64,000 nucleotides of DNA from Ascidiella aspersa (taxonomy: Eukaryota), in the NCBI GenBank assembly GCA_963924565.1, contig OZ004607.1:11036001-11100000 (forward strand), written 5' to 3'. Each line of letters starts with the position of its first letter. The first letter of the stretch is position 1. A program made the translations under genes and the position numbers. Under the pieces are notes generated by a model. The model worked only from the letters and a program-made list of their open reading frames with translations, ran no database searches and was not told the origin of the DNA. This document shows, one piece after another, positions 29,501 to 42,600 of the stretch.

Positions 29501-32500
29501 ACGTCCGGTCAAACTCTGTTTCGAATTAAAGTTTTTCTTTCTAAGAACAAACATTGATAAGATAAGTCAAAGGTATGCCGGGGACGACAAAAAGTCGAAT
29601 ATACAGCAGACAAGTTTGTTAATCAATCGAAACACCTTGTAGCGGCGTGGATTTGCCGAAAAGTCGAGTGAATATGGGCAGAATCCATTAATAAAAGTGG
29701 TTTGCACAATTTGTTCCTCAGAGGGTTCGTGCGGTCTTCCCCCTGCGCTTCAAAACGGAGGCTTCCAGCCAGTGCAGGCGGCCTATGCAGCGAACTCCGT
29801 GGTCAACTACACATGCAACTCGTTCTATCAGTTTATTGGGCTCCCTGGATCAGAATCGACAACCTGCCTCGGTGGATCGTGGACAACAGGAAATCGGGCC
29901 TGCTTGCGCAGTACGAAAAATGATTTTTATACATTACATATGTCAGAGACCTATACTCAAGAAGGTTTCCACTAGCTATTAGTTTGCAATTTATATTAGA
30001 TCAGTTTTCTGTTAATCGTTTTCAAACGTGAAAAGAGTCCTTGTGAATCGTTCTCTTTAAGACTAACAAAAAACATTTCTTTTAATTCTAACGAAAAACT
30101 GTTTGTATTTTTTCCGAGTGGCAGTCGATTTATAAGCGATGCTAAAACATAAAAAAGGCCAAGCCGCTAACAGAAGAAGCTTAAAAACACGCATTTTTAT
30201 TCGCAGATTGTAACGACACTCTACTCAATTGTGACTTTTTAAAGATTTATTGTGACGTTAGTGCTTATAAAGAAGAACTGGCCTTGAAATGTGCAACCAC
30301 TTGCAACACTTGTCCTGGTAAGTTAAGTAAAGACGGCACAGTTTTTTGAACTCCGTCAATAAACGCTACATTGAAATAAAACTCTATATAAATTGGAAAA
30401 TTGTTCATGTAGGCATGTCGGTTATTCTGTGCCGTCTTGTCTCAATTTCTTACGTTAAGATGTGTAGCAGGGCAGTCATTTCTTGAAATATACACGATAA
30501 AATCATACCTATTGCACTAATCTTGTCCAGTTCGGAAACAGCTGACTAGGAGAATGACATTCACACCGCTATTATTGGTTTGCATAGTTTATGTCGAGGC
30601 TCTTTTAATAAACTTCGATTTGACGTTCCTGCAACTATATGTTGCTGCATTTCGACAAAGTTTATTTGCAATATTAGCATACGGAAATTACACTGCGGGG
30701 GATTCGAAAATAAATTTTTAGTAGCATTTTCCCGAACCTTACATATTTCGTCAACGCTTTAATAAACTTGATTTTTTCTAGTTTGCTCAACAGTCCCGCT
30801 TACCGCCAACTTGACAGTAACCCTCACCGGTCCGCTAAGTGTCACTACGGACCTTTGGACTGAAAACGCCACTGCTCCCTTCAAAGTAAGATATGGAGTC
30901 CAATACAGTTGTACGGCGGGAACCATCTCCGGATTATTTCCTGTCAACACTTGCATCAATAATGACACTTGGCTTTTCAACGGAGATGACATACCAACAT
31001 GCGTACCAGGTATAGTGTAAGGCTTTTAGGGGGCCTTATGTGTATATATTAAAGTGTGTCCTTCTTTTAAAAGAGTGTCATTTATTTTAAAGAGTGGCAT
31101 TTCTTTTCCTTTTTCCTTATACGGTAACAATATCTAAAGCGGATTGGCGATAATACCATAGTATTAGGATCAACAACATAATAAGGCCAAATAAGATGAA
31201 ACATCTATAATGAAAAAAGAGAAAGGCCCAAAATTATCGGATTAAGACCATTATGGTCTTAATGTCACCTTAACTCTAGGAAAAGTGTATGGAACGATTG
31301 AGGATTACCGGTCTGTCAAAGCCATGGTGTGCCGCCGTTTTGGCACTGAAATGGCTGACCCTGTTAGGGTTAAGGGGTGGGTAATGAATGAGGAATGTGG
31401 GTGAAGATTAAAATTACTGCGGGAGTTAGTAATAAATTAGTGGTGCGGTTTGGACAAAGTAAAAGTCATTTTAAATTTTATTCTGGCTTTTTAGGTCTAA
31501 TGTTGAAGCATAAAGGTCTGATTTCTATCTTGACTTATTATGAGTATTAAACATCCGTCCTGTATTAGTCTTTCCAAGCTATGTGTATTTATTGGTATCG
31601 CGGCTATATTAATTCTAGACGTTGTTTTATACTTTTTGAGTGTTTTAGGTATAACTAGTATGGATTTACTAATGTCGCACAGATTGCGGCCCGGTGCCGG
31701 CAATTGCATCGAACGGAAGCCATGCGCCAACTGGAAGCACATTTCCGATTGGAACCCGGGTCAACTACACTTGCAACCCGAGCTTTACTCTGCAAGGACC
31801 CGAATTCAACCTCTGCCAGGATTCCATGTGGTCTAATTTAACAGCGCCACAGTGCATTCGTAAGAAATTGCCAACAAGTTTGTTACGTACTTATAATCAT
31901 GTTAGATTTATGTTTTAACTAATTTTATCTAAAATTTTTAAAAGAAGCCTGTAGGGCGATTTTAGGGTCATTGTTATATGTTAACCCGGCTATATTAATA
32001 CAAGAAGTTATTTTACTGTTGGGCCGTTAGTGATATTTTCTAATAATTTACTCACAGCCCTGGAATGCGGCCCGGTGCCTGAAATCGCTTCGGGCGGCAG
32101 CCACATGCCAACTGGGAGCACATTCCTGGATGGAACGCGGGTCAACTACACGTGCAACTCACCCCTTGTTTTGGTGGGACCCGAATTCAACCTCTGCCAG
32201 GGTTCGACTTGGTCCAATTCAACGGCACCAGAGTGCAAAGAAAGTATGAGAGCGCATATACAGTTTGTTATGTATATAACGGAAGTTCGACAAACACCTA
32301 AAAAAGAACGTTTGAAAACTCTATACTTTAGGGCAGTGGTTCTCAAACTTTTGGGCACACTAAACAAATCTCAGCTATTTCGCGGCACACTTTTAACAGA
32401 AAAACAATAGAGGAATTTTATAATCGCCCTTACCACCCGATAAACTACATTTAAATGTCTCTAAATGGATAATTTGTAATAAATAATGCGTATTTATGTC

Positions 32501-35500
32501 TAAAATGCTTGCGTGTATGCCATTGGGAATAAAAACATTCTCTTTTCCGAAATTACATAAAAGTTAGCGGCACACTTGACAATCTCTCGAGGTACACTAA
32601 TGTGCCGCGGCACACAGTTTGGAAATCACTGCTTTAAGGTGTAGGACTTTCACATTTATCTGTTTTATCTTAATTTTAAGCAGTTAGTGTTGCACTGGGC
32701 ATATTTGTTCAAGAAACGACAAAAGAATAGTAGGCCTTCAACGGCGATAAGGTGATTAAAAATCATTTAGAAGTCCAACATAACAAATTTGTTATAGTGT
32801 GCTATATTTGATGTTTGCTTAATACACATTTTGTGACATCCCGCCGCATTGCCACGACACACGCTATTTGTATCATACATTTGTTTTTAGTCTGTTCATT
32901 TCCACCCGCCTCGGCCGAACTGAACGTAACCCCCGACCGCCCTTCGTATGTGGTTGGTGAAAACGTGACCTACTCGTGCAAAGCCGGCAATCTCTTTGGC
33001 GAACCTCAGTCCGCCGAGTGCCTCGCAGGAGGGATGTGGAGCATTACCAACCTTAATCCGCTTTCGTGCGTTGTGGGTATGTTTGATCCTTTTTTTGGCT
33101 TCACTTCAAATTGCTTATATAGGTTATCAACTAAACCTGAAGGACGATCTTGTATAAATTCTTTTAAATTTTTGTTAGTGTGAAAAAAGTCTTTAGTTGA
33201 ACAAATATTTTTGTTTTTACTTGTCGCTATATTGTAAAATCCTCATTATTATTATACGTTGAAACCGTATAAAGAAATCCCTAACGCTTAGTGGTTTTCA
33301 GAAAACGATTTTCGAGCCTGTTCGTTCAGAATGGCTGCCCCACGCTATTGTATTTTATTTTTACTGTTCATGCTACAAGCTGTCCTTTTCGAATTTACCC
33401 CCCATCCAGGCTGCCTGGCACCTCCGTCACTCACCAACGGCAACTATACACCGTTCCAGACCCAGTACTCTTACAATACAACGATCACGTACTATTGCGC
33501 GAATGGCTATATTCCGCAAGGCCCACTGGACACCAACATCACGTGTATCGAAGGCAGCGGATGGACGACTCTAACCTCGCCCCTCGAATGTATAGAAGGT
33601 CGGTCTAAGTTCTGTCCAATTGCGAAATGAAAACCACCACGTTTCTCCGTGTTTTATTTGATGCTTACTTAATACACATTTTGTGGAATGTCGCACCATT
33701 GCCACGACACACACGATTTGCATTAGGTTGTTTTCCATATTACGTATTGGTCAGCTGCGCTTGCAGCACGTGCTCACTGCTCGGGTTTGTCGCATGTTGT
33801 TTTCAAGCTTAACCTTAGAAATTCTCTTCCAGGTTGCACTTTTCCACCCGCCTCGGCCGAATTTAACCTAACCCCCGACCGCTCTTCGTATTTGGTTGGT
33901 GAAAACGTGACCTACTCGTGCAAAGCCGGCAATCTCTTTGGCGAACCTCAGTCCGCCGAGTGCCTCGCAGGAGGGGTGTGGAGCATTACCAACCTTAATC
34001 CGCTTTCGTGCGTTATAGGTATGTTTGATCCTTTTTGGGCTTCACTGCAAATTGCTTATATAGGCTATCATCTAAACCTGAAAGGACGATCTTGCACAAA
34101 CTCTCTAAAATCGGTATTAAATATGAAAAAAGTCTTAAGTTCAACAACATTTTTTCTTTTGCTTTTCAGGAAGTTATCGCCAGTGTTGTAAACATATTAT
34201 TTTGTAATGACTTAAGTCCAGTCAAGTCATTTAAAAAAAAATAACTTACGTTTAATGTCAAGTCTTTTTAGAAAATAAAAGTCAAGTCCCAGTCCAAGTC
34301 ATTATTACAGCAAGTCACACCCAAAGCAAACCACTAATATAATAATAAAACGATAAACCATTAAAAATGGTAAACTCGACCGAATATAGACAATATTTCG
34401 ACTAAAAATAACAACAAACAACAACATGTAGCAATTTAATCGTTATATGTGCAAAACTTGCCATAAATAGCCCACTTTTATTATAAAATGGTTAATAAAA
34501 ACATTTAATTAAACCCAAGTCATTTGACTCAATTACTTAAGTCTAAGTTGACTTATTTGTCTAAAAGACTTAAGTCAAGTCAAGTAATTTTACCAAAATG
34601 ACTTAAGTTAAGTAAAGTGATTTAAAACAGTGACTTAAGTGCACTTAAGTCAAGTCATTCAAGTCATTTGACTTAAGTCATTACAACACTGGTTATCGCT
34701 ATATTGTAATCCACATTAATATTTGCGCTGGAACCCTATAAAGAAATCCCTAAAGTTAGCACTTAAAAAAAACAATGGCCAAGCGTGGTCGTTCAGAATG
34801 ACTGCCCGACGCTATTGCACTTGTTTTGTTTTACTGTTTTGTTGAACAGCAAGCTGTCCAAGCAGTGGATTCTTTAAAACAATAATCGATTTACCCCCTA
34901 TACAGGCTGCCTGGAACCTCCGTCACTCACCAACGGCAACTATACACCGTTTCAGACCCAGTACTCTTACAATACAACGGTCACGTACTATTGCGCGAAT
35001 GGCTATTTTGCGCAAGGCCCACTGGACAGCACCATTATGTGTATCGAAGGCAGCGGATGGACGACTCTGACCTCGCCCATCGAATGTATAGAAGGTCGGT
35101 TTAAGTTCTGTCAAAGTGCAAAATGAAAACCACCACGTTTCTCCATATCTACGCTGTTATCCTAATCCAGCGGTTCTTAACCTTAATCTCTAAAACCAAT
35201 TCCACCCTAAAAAAAATTAGAACTTGTACATATTTCTTAAAATATGTCGATACAAAAGAGAGTATTCTTTAACATTGAAGACTGTTTGATAATCATAACG
35301 GATATTTAGAGCAAAAATTTAGGATGTAAGAGCATTGACCTTATTTATAGCTGAACGTATAGTATCGTTAGAATATTTTTTGCAGATTCTTTATGACATA
35401 AGGTCGCCCTATTTATTAAATCATGGCAGTGTAAACAAGTTATTTTGAAAATCACTTAAGGCAATTCATGTCATTTATGAAATGACTTCAGTCCAATTCA

Positions 35501-36550
35501 AATATTTTCAAAAAATAGCAAGTCAAGTTCCAGTTCAAATAATCAGTTGCCCAAATCAAGTCCAAGTCAACTCAATAGAGCAAGTCATCTCCGTGTCACA
35601 TCACTGATATCATAACAAAACCATAAAACCTTAAATTTGGTAAACTCTTCAATTTGGAGCAAAAGGTCAAGCAAAAAATGAAAAAACACAATTGGCAACC
35701 CGATCATTTTACGTGCAACAACTGAGATAAACAATTTTATGGCAAAATGTGAAATAAAAACACTTAAATTCGATCCAAGTCATTTGGCTAAATTACTAAG
35801 TTCACGTCAAATTCTTTGTCCGAAAACTTAAGTTAAGACAAGTCATTTTAGAAAAAACGCATTATTGACTTGAGCCACTGTATGCTTTCAACGATTAAAA
35901 CGATCACACAGCGATATACTACGAACCTACTGGTGCGAGCACGATCCATCAGTAGTTCTCATAAACCTGAAAATCATTCTGAAATATAATAGTGAGATGT
36001 GCGTCGTAAACCGCGGGAAGGAAATATTTCCACCAAATAAGACTGCTTGTTTTGCAGTTAACGTGTTGTTTGTGTTCGATGGCAACGACCCTGTGGATAG
36101 ATGTACGGACATTTCAAGCGCTATAGGAATAAATCCCGTCTACCCTCCGTCAACAATAAACGCAAACCCCAGTAATTTCAAAAACTTCATCCAACAACGA
36201 TCGTTCGGAGAGAGGTGGGTGAATGATAACCGGTTAATATTATGGTTGGTATCGCTTCAAATGACTTAAGTTACTTAAATCCAGTGGTTGGTTTATTTAC
36301 TTCACGTACGTTGTCAGGGCATAAAGGGCTATAGACTTATCTTAAGAGGTTTAGATATATTGATTTTTGATAAGGCCATAGGAATAAATTACGTTTATTT
36401 CAACACAGCTGCCTTGTCTGCCCGCCGAAACTCGTTAATTGTAAAAAATGCCGGTTTCATACAAAGTGCGATTTGTTTTTATCTTACCAGACTGATATCA
36501 CGAGGTGCAAGATGAAAAGTGGCGTTATCGGAACATATTCAATATGACCA
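26519..36550 (+). CDS. Secreted ShKT + sushi/CCP mosaic protein (SP-ShKT-CCPx3-ShKT-CCPx7-tail)
   Basis: Signal exon 26519-26585; ShKT 27275-27373 (CVDDFDRCPQYKSACGQTSISSSCRKTCDDSC) and 30207-30317; CCP exons 28462-28647, 29007-29186, 29722-29910, 30782-31009, 31683-31859, 32058-32243, 32891-33076, 33410-33598, 33833-34018, 34906-35094, all phase 1-1 with 4 Cys + Trp; tail exon from 36058. 3' end uncertain. Confidence 0.85.
27050..27120 (+). mobile_element. tRNA-derived SINE head or tRNA pseudogene
   Basis: A-box-like TAGCTTATAGTTGGTAGAGC and B-box GAGTTCGAAC; stems do not close properly. Confidence 0.55.
32334..32631. mobile_element. hAT-type MITE
   Basis: TIR CAGTGGTTCTCAAAC / GTTTGGAAATCACTG; TSD CTTTAGGG/CTTTAAGG. 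Confidence 0.82.
34181..34691. mobile_element. hAT-type MITE rich in CAAGT/ACTTG subterminal repeats; related copies near 14.3-14.7, 17.0-17.3, 35.4-35.9 and 52.9-53.0 kb
   Basis: TIR CAGTGTTGTAA / TTACAACACTG; TSD GTTATCGC; empty site present in the duplicated intron at ~33220. Confidence 0.9.
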
Positions 36551-37316
36551 GACCTTTTCAAAAACTATTTCTCAAAATAGCAACCTATAAGTGCTAGCGA
36601 TATGTTATGATACTTAAGTTTCGATTGCGCATAAAGTTATGTACAACTTTGCCCTGTTATTGTTGGAAGGCGTTCGTGACGTTAATTTGTCAGTGGCTAT
36701 ATGTGTTACTTTTGCAGTTCGTTTTTAAATAAAATTTGACATTATGAATTTCTTATCTAAAACGCTAACAGCCAAAACGTGATGGTGATGAAAAAACGCC
36801 CATTCTTGAACAACGAGTTGAATCAAACACTATAATGTGGCCGTTCGCCCTTGGGCTTAAAATAATTAGGATAAAATTCGTAAAACACGTTTCCATCTGC
36901 CATTTTGTGCCACACACTATATTTATTGCTTTGCTTCGACGTTTTCCAGCTTGGCACTCTGGGCTGACGCATCTTCGAGTGATGTAGCCGTTTTGGAGCA
37001 CGCTGGTGTTTGTCCACCTGAAAGAAACGTTCGGGACTTCGGATCTATGCAGTCGACATTCGGCACGGTTTGGAACATTAGCTAAACCATGCTTGATATC
37101 GCAAGACTACAAAACTCATGGGACAAAATTACATTTTCTGGCCGTTTGCCACTTTTTATCCAAACCATCTGATATCGGTATCGGGCGTCACAAAATTTTA
37201 GTACTAAACTTGACCAAAGTATATATTGCAACTGAATTTACGCTCGCGTAAATGAACAACCAGCAAATACACAAAACACAATGTGACTTGATAATAAGGA
37301 CAAGTACACTCTAGCA

Positions 37317-38040
37317 CAGACCTGGGCAACATACGGCCCGGATTTCGGCCCGCCAAGCAGTTTAATCCGGCCCGCGGCTTATTTTAGTTAAATTCATAGG
37401 CTAAGTGAAAACTATTCAAGACCCCGACAAAATCGATTTTTAGCCTAAAACGAAAATTGTTTTCACGGTTCGCGCGAACTCTATTGTCTTTCTCGTATGC
37501 TCCACGTGATTTTTTGTCAACTTTACAGACAAATAGCGTCCTCTGCACTGTGGCACTCTCTCCAACAAAAGTTTAACAAGCTTAGCCTGATATTTATATA
37601 TTTTTTGCACGATTCCGTCTCTAAAATATGAACGAAATAGCTACCGTTTTCTAAACCCCGAAATATACCGATTCACATTTTGTCAACCTATTTTAGTGTC
37701 ATGTTGTGCGTTTCTCCAAATTTAATATCGTCTTAGCAATATGAATGTTGTACCGCAAGTAACATATTGATAACTTAAAGCTTTAAAAATACGAGTTTTT
37801 TGTATCAAATTATTAAATTTAAATTACAAAATTATTAAATTGAAATTGAAATTTGCATTTTTATACAAATATAGTCGCAATTTTTTCGCGCTTCGCGCGA
37901 GGTCTAGTTGGCTTTTTAACATTCGGCTCACACATTTTGGAAGTCGTATTTCGTGTATTTCAGATCCTTTTTTTTACCCGGCCCGCCAAGACATTGTAAG
38001 TTTCTCATGCGGCCCGCGACTAAAAATAATTGCCCACCCC
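37317..38040. mobile_element. Degenerate hAT-type MITE
   Basis: Starts CAGACCTGGGCAAC..CGGCCCG and ends GCGGCCCGCG..TTGCCCACCCC; TSD only partial (CTAGCA). Confidence 0.6.
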
Positions 38041-38271
38041 TAGCACAAAGTATGTAAATCGTGGTAGTTGTTTTAATTCTGGTCCTCAGGGCCGGATTAA
38101 GGGTACTGAAGGCCTAAGGCTATTTACCAGAGAAGGGCCTAATTTTGCAAACGAAGCTACAAAAAGTAGTAAAAATACATACATGAAAAATTCAAATTAT
38201 TTACTGCAAAATAACACAAACATAATAAAAAACATGTAATAAATGTAATTAAGTGTCCTAGACTCATAGTG

Positions 38272-39390
38272 TAGGGGAGATGTGGTACCAGTGGGTCACT
38301 TTTGACGATTTCGCATCTGCAGGTTTTATTTGCGTCGTAAAATAGCATTTAGAGGTCGTAACGTGAAGTTTAATCTACCCTTCAACATACCACAGCATTT
38401 AACTCAAAATGTAAGAAGAGAAAACTTGAATAAATGCACCTATTTTTTAATTTAACAAATCAGTCATTTTAAATTAAACTTACTTAGTTATAGTCATTGC
38501 AAAGCTCGTTTTTGGACTCCGGCGAGGTATTTTTTGTATTCGACTCTGTTTTGTTACTGCATTTGCCGAGATGATTCCTAGATTTTTATTTTAATAATGC
38601 GTTACTATCATTTGCCAAATACGCTGTGCATAATCTAGCTGAATATTGGCCTAAAAGTTAAACTTGAGTAATCCCGTAGCATACCTTGCGCGTTTCACGA
38701 TGGAATGTTTTTTTGCAAACTTTTTAAGGAAATGGGAACATTTATGCACCAGGCATTTCAAGTTACTGTAGTTGCGTGCCCAACAGCGTTTGACGGAAAC
38801 TGAAACATTAGGCGAAGGTTATCCTCAAGTAATAGGCTGCCCGAAAAAACGCTGACGCCGCACCACATGGCTATATATATAAAATAGCACAGCAATTGCT
38901 TCGCCACAGCGACAGGCCTTTATCCAATCTTGCCACCCGCAGACGTACGATTAGGATTTAAACTTCGCGATAAAACGTAATAAAAGAATACAATATTCTA
39001 CTTTGAACATTCTACTGGCAACTGGAAGGTAAATCAAATAACGTGTCAAAAATATGAGTTACAATACGTTACAAGAAAGTTCATAATTAAAATCACAAAT
39101 TTAAGTTACCATACAAATTTTATAAATAAAGACACTTGTGTAATTGGGTTTTGCAAACTACGATGTAGCTAGAAAGTTATGCCCGTGGCACCCCAAGGGG
39201 GCCGACGGCCACGGTTGAGAAACCCTGTTCTAGATCCCAGAACAAAATGCAAATTCTATTAGATAACATAATTTTACTTTTTTGCCTCAAAAATCGTTTC
39301 TTATGTAAAATCTTCAAATATCTATTTTAAAGAGGAAAAAAGCTCCCCAGTCACTGGTCCCTATGATCCACTGTTCCCACATTTCCCCTA
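38272..39390. mobile_element. Non-autonomous TIR DNA transposon
   Basis: TAGGGGAGATGTGGTACCAGTGG at left and its near-complement CCACTGTTCCCACATTTCCCCTA at right. Confidence 0.7.
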
Positions 39391-39447
39391 TTAATGTAGC
39401 CGATATTTAAAATTACATATTCTTTGACTTACAGCTAGCATACGTAT

Positions 39448-39668
39448 AGGTTGGTTCACACTAGACGGCGACGCGTTTTGCTTGTGGCGTTAGCGTCTGG
39501 CAAAAAACGCTAGCGTCGTCCAATTAACACTTAAGGGATTGCCAGCGTTAACGGCAAATTTCCTTGTTTCTAACTGAAAGCGTCAAAGTTTAACTGTTTT
39601 AACTTCCGCAACCGAAATTTTAAAAACGTTTTACGTTAACGCCAGACGCGTCTAGTGTGAACCAACCT
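39448..39668. mobile_element. PIF/Harbinger-like MITE
   Basis: Perfect 20-bp TIR AGGTTGGTTCACACTAGACG / CGTCTAGTGTGAACCAACCT in a TA-rich target. Confidence 0.8.
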
Positions 39669-42600
39669 TATGAATAATGTCATCAACATTCGAACCTCTG
39701 ACAACATCACTATCTATGTTTAAAACGGACTCCAGCTATTTGTGTCGAATTTTGACTTTGACCAAACTTGGAGTCTTAAAATAATCGCCCTACTTATCAT
39801 ATGCTAAACTACCACGTTAAAAACTGGGCAGTTTCAATGTTTTCAGTGAGGCTCAATTTTATTCATTCGCCAAGGATATACTTTAGTTATGTGCGTATAA
39901 AGTGACATATTTAACAGATTAGCAACGCATCATACACATGTGGGTCGAACAACATTATCACTTTCTTTAATGGTTGCAACAATCCTATATTTGAACGCAT
40001 GCCAGCAAACTCGAGGAAAAACGTGACCCTGTTCATCTCGCACTCTGTCACCGATATCTCAGGAAGTGGTGAGTAAACGTATAGATGCAAGTTGCAGGGT
40101 TCATGGCCGCGTATAACTATGATTTCAGTTGAAAAATTTATCTTAAAGTACGCTATTCTTAACAAACAGTTGTTTGGATAAGTGTGCAATGTGTTAAAGA
40201 CCTTCTGTTGCAAATTTTTAATTTTTTCAGCTGTATTCGTGTTTGCAAATTTTTAATTTTTTTAGCTGTAGTAAATAATTGGGCAGAAAAAGGACACCCT
40301 GCCAGCGGGTGTTTTCACATTTATAAAGGCGAAGTGTTAAAATCTTGTTTATCGCATCCTTTGCAGAAACGATCCTGCCCATTTTCCCAGCAATTCCCCT
40401 GGTCAGTGAGATGTATACGATGACGACGCTGCAACGGAATAACACCAATTACAACGCAACAAGCGATTGTGAGTTAATTGCACCCTAAGAAAGCGCCTTG
40501 ATCATAGTTTTCCATCAGAAATAGGACTTATTTACTAATTTCGGATCTTAGCAGAATTTAAAATTACGTTCAGTTCATTAAAGGCCTCGGTTTAATCTAA
40601 AAAAAAACGATGTGTTTGTTCATTTGGCATACTCATTTACGCTGCATGTTTTTTTAATAATATTTACCGTGTCTATATGTCGGGGCTTTGTCACTGTGGC
40701 CCTTGCACCCCCCTTAATTACTATATGCGAAGGCAAAACTGTTACTATATGTGAAAGGAAAAACTAAAACTGTTACTTAAGTGAACGGCAAATTGCTATA
40801 TGTGAAGGCAAAATTGAAATTTCTGGTTATCACTAGTACTCCAGGGAACCTTTTTTTCGGTAACAGACAACAATTAAACTATGCTGGTTCAAATCAGACT
40901 TGTAAGAAAACGCTTAGGTCCCTGTATGACCATTTTATTGTTAGTTAAACAAAAAGGAAACCTTCCAACACATGTTTTCAATGTTACACATGTGCAGTAT
41001 TTAATCAATAAAAGTGTTTTACCGAGAGCCAACTGGTGACTCATATTCATCCCTGTTGAACTTATATTTTTGGCAGATTTGAGTCAAGTAGCTTGTGGCG
41101 TTGGTCAAACGAATTGCTACAAATTCCTCGGATCTGTTTGGGATGAAGCATCAGAAGTGTTTTCCAGATTTCGTTTACTGTTTCCCTGATTTTTCATGTA
41201 TGCTACCATAAGCCTTCTACCGTATATATATATTTTGTTGTTATCTGGTGTATTTTCGTATATTAACTGAATGCTTACTATGTGTTTGGTTCCACCAAAA
41301 AAGTACCAGTTTTTACAAGTTTGGAATGTTCGACGATAATCTTATTGAAAGTTTAATATTGCTAATATAATCAAAATAAGAAGAAAAATTTGTACTTTTT
41401 ATCACTTTAAAATGAGACTTTGGTAAAATTGCATTGTATGTTTGTTTTGGAAGATATTGAATCGTTAACCCCTGCGTTTTGAATGTTTTACCAGTGCCTA
41501 TTATTGTGTAAACAGAATAAAATATGTATGCTCTTTCGAAATCGTTTAGGTCTCCATTTTTTTCGTTGCATGTTGATTGGCAAAAAGACAGCAGACTAGA
41601 GTGAGCGCGGGGTAACAGAGTATGGGAATGTACGATGTAACAAACCGGGTAGGTCTATCCAAAAATCACTCTCCCCCCAAAAAAAAAAACAAAAAAACGT
41701 GCTGTAATTTTTTGAAATGATGTTAGGTGGTTACTGGTTGGGACCTAAGGTACCAAATTGGTTTTAGGGTTAATTAGAATAAAATTGAATTTTTTTTTTG
41801 GGTACACATAATGTTAGCAGCGACTTGAGATACTTTCATAGATCTTGTTAGCTTTTCTCCTTTGGAATAAAATCTAGTTTACCTTTTTCTTATAGTCATT
41901 TACATACAGTGACCGGAAACTGGCATGGTCCTCTGGTAACCCGCGATTTTGGTTGTTTGAGTATTTTCAAAAGTCGAATAAATAATAAAAACAATTAGTG
42001 AAACAATCGCATTAAAGATAAGCACATCTATATTAATGCGAATCAACGCAAATTAAAAAAAAATATATGTTTCGCTTTTATGTTCCTAGGGCCACATTAC
42101 AACATAAGCAAGCACAGCGCCTGTTGACGCTTTCGACGGCAGATTAGACAACTAGATTGATTTTAGCTTTTTAAAATTAGACTAGAATTAAAATTAGAAC
42201 ATTTCAGTTTTTCCAAATTAGATTAGAACAAGAATTAGACGCATTTTCTCTAATTCATTAAATTAGAAAACTAGAATTAGCTAGTTGTCCAAGTCTGCTC
42301 GACGGTGGTCAACTCGACATATTCGGATGTTATTTTTTAATGTGTTCCCAAATAGTTGCCAACATAGCTTTGTTATCGACAGCCTACTTAACTTAAACAA
42401 TATTTTATTTTACATTTTGTATATTCAGTCTATAATTAATCGTTTCAAACTTATCGTCATACAATTTGTAAACTTCTATACATATAGATCAGTGTTTTAC
42501 TTGGGATCGACAGAACTTTGCTTTTGATTAGCGGACCGCAGGTTGAACGCCCTTGCAATTATTTTAGTTTTATTTTTTAGTTTGTACATCAGTGCCCCTA

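Noticed and set aside
40260-40475. Exon-like GC-richer patch with acceptor and donor-like sites
   Set aside because: No recognisable domain and no consistent frame with neighbouring exons.
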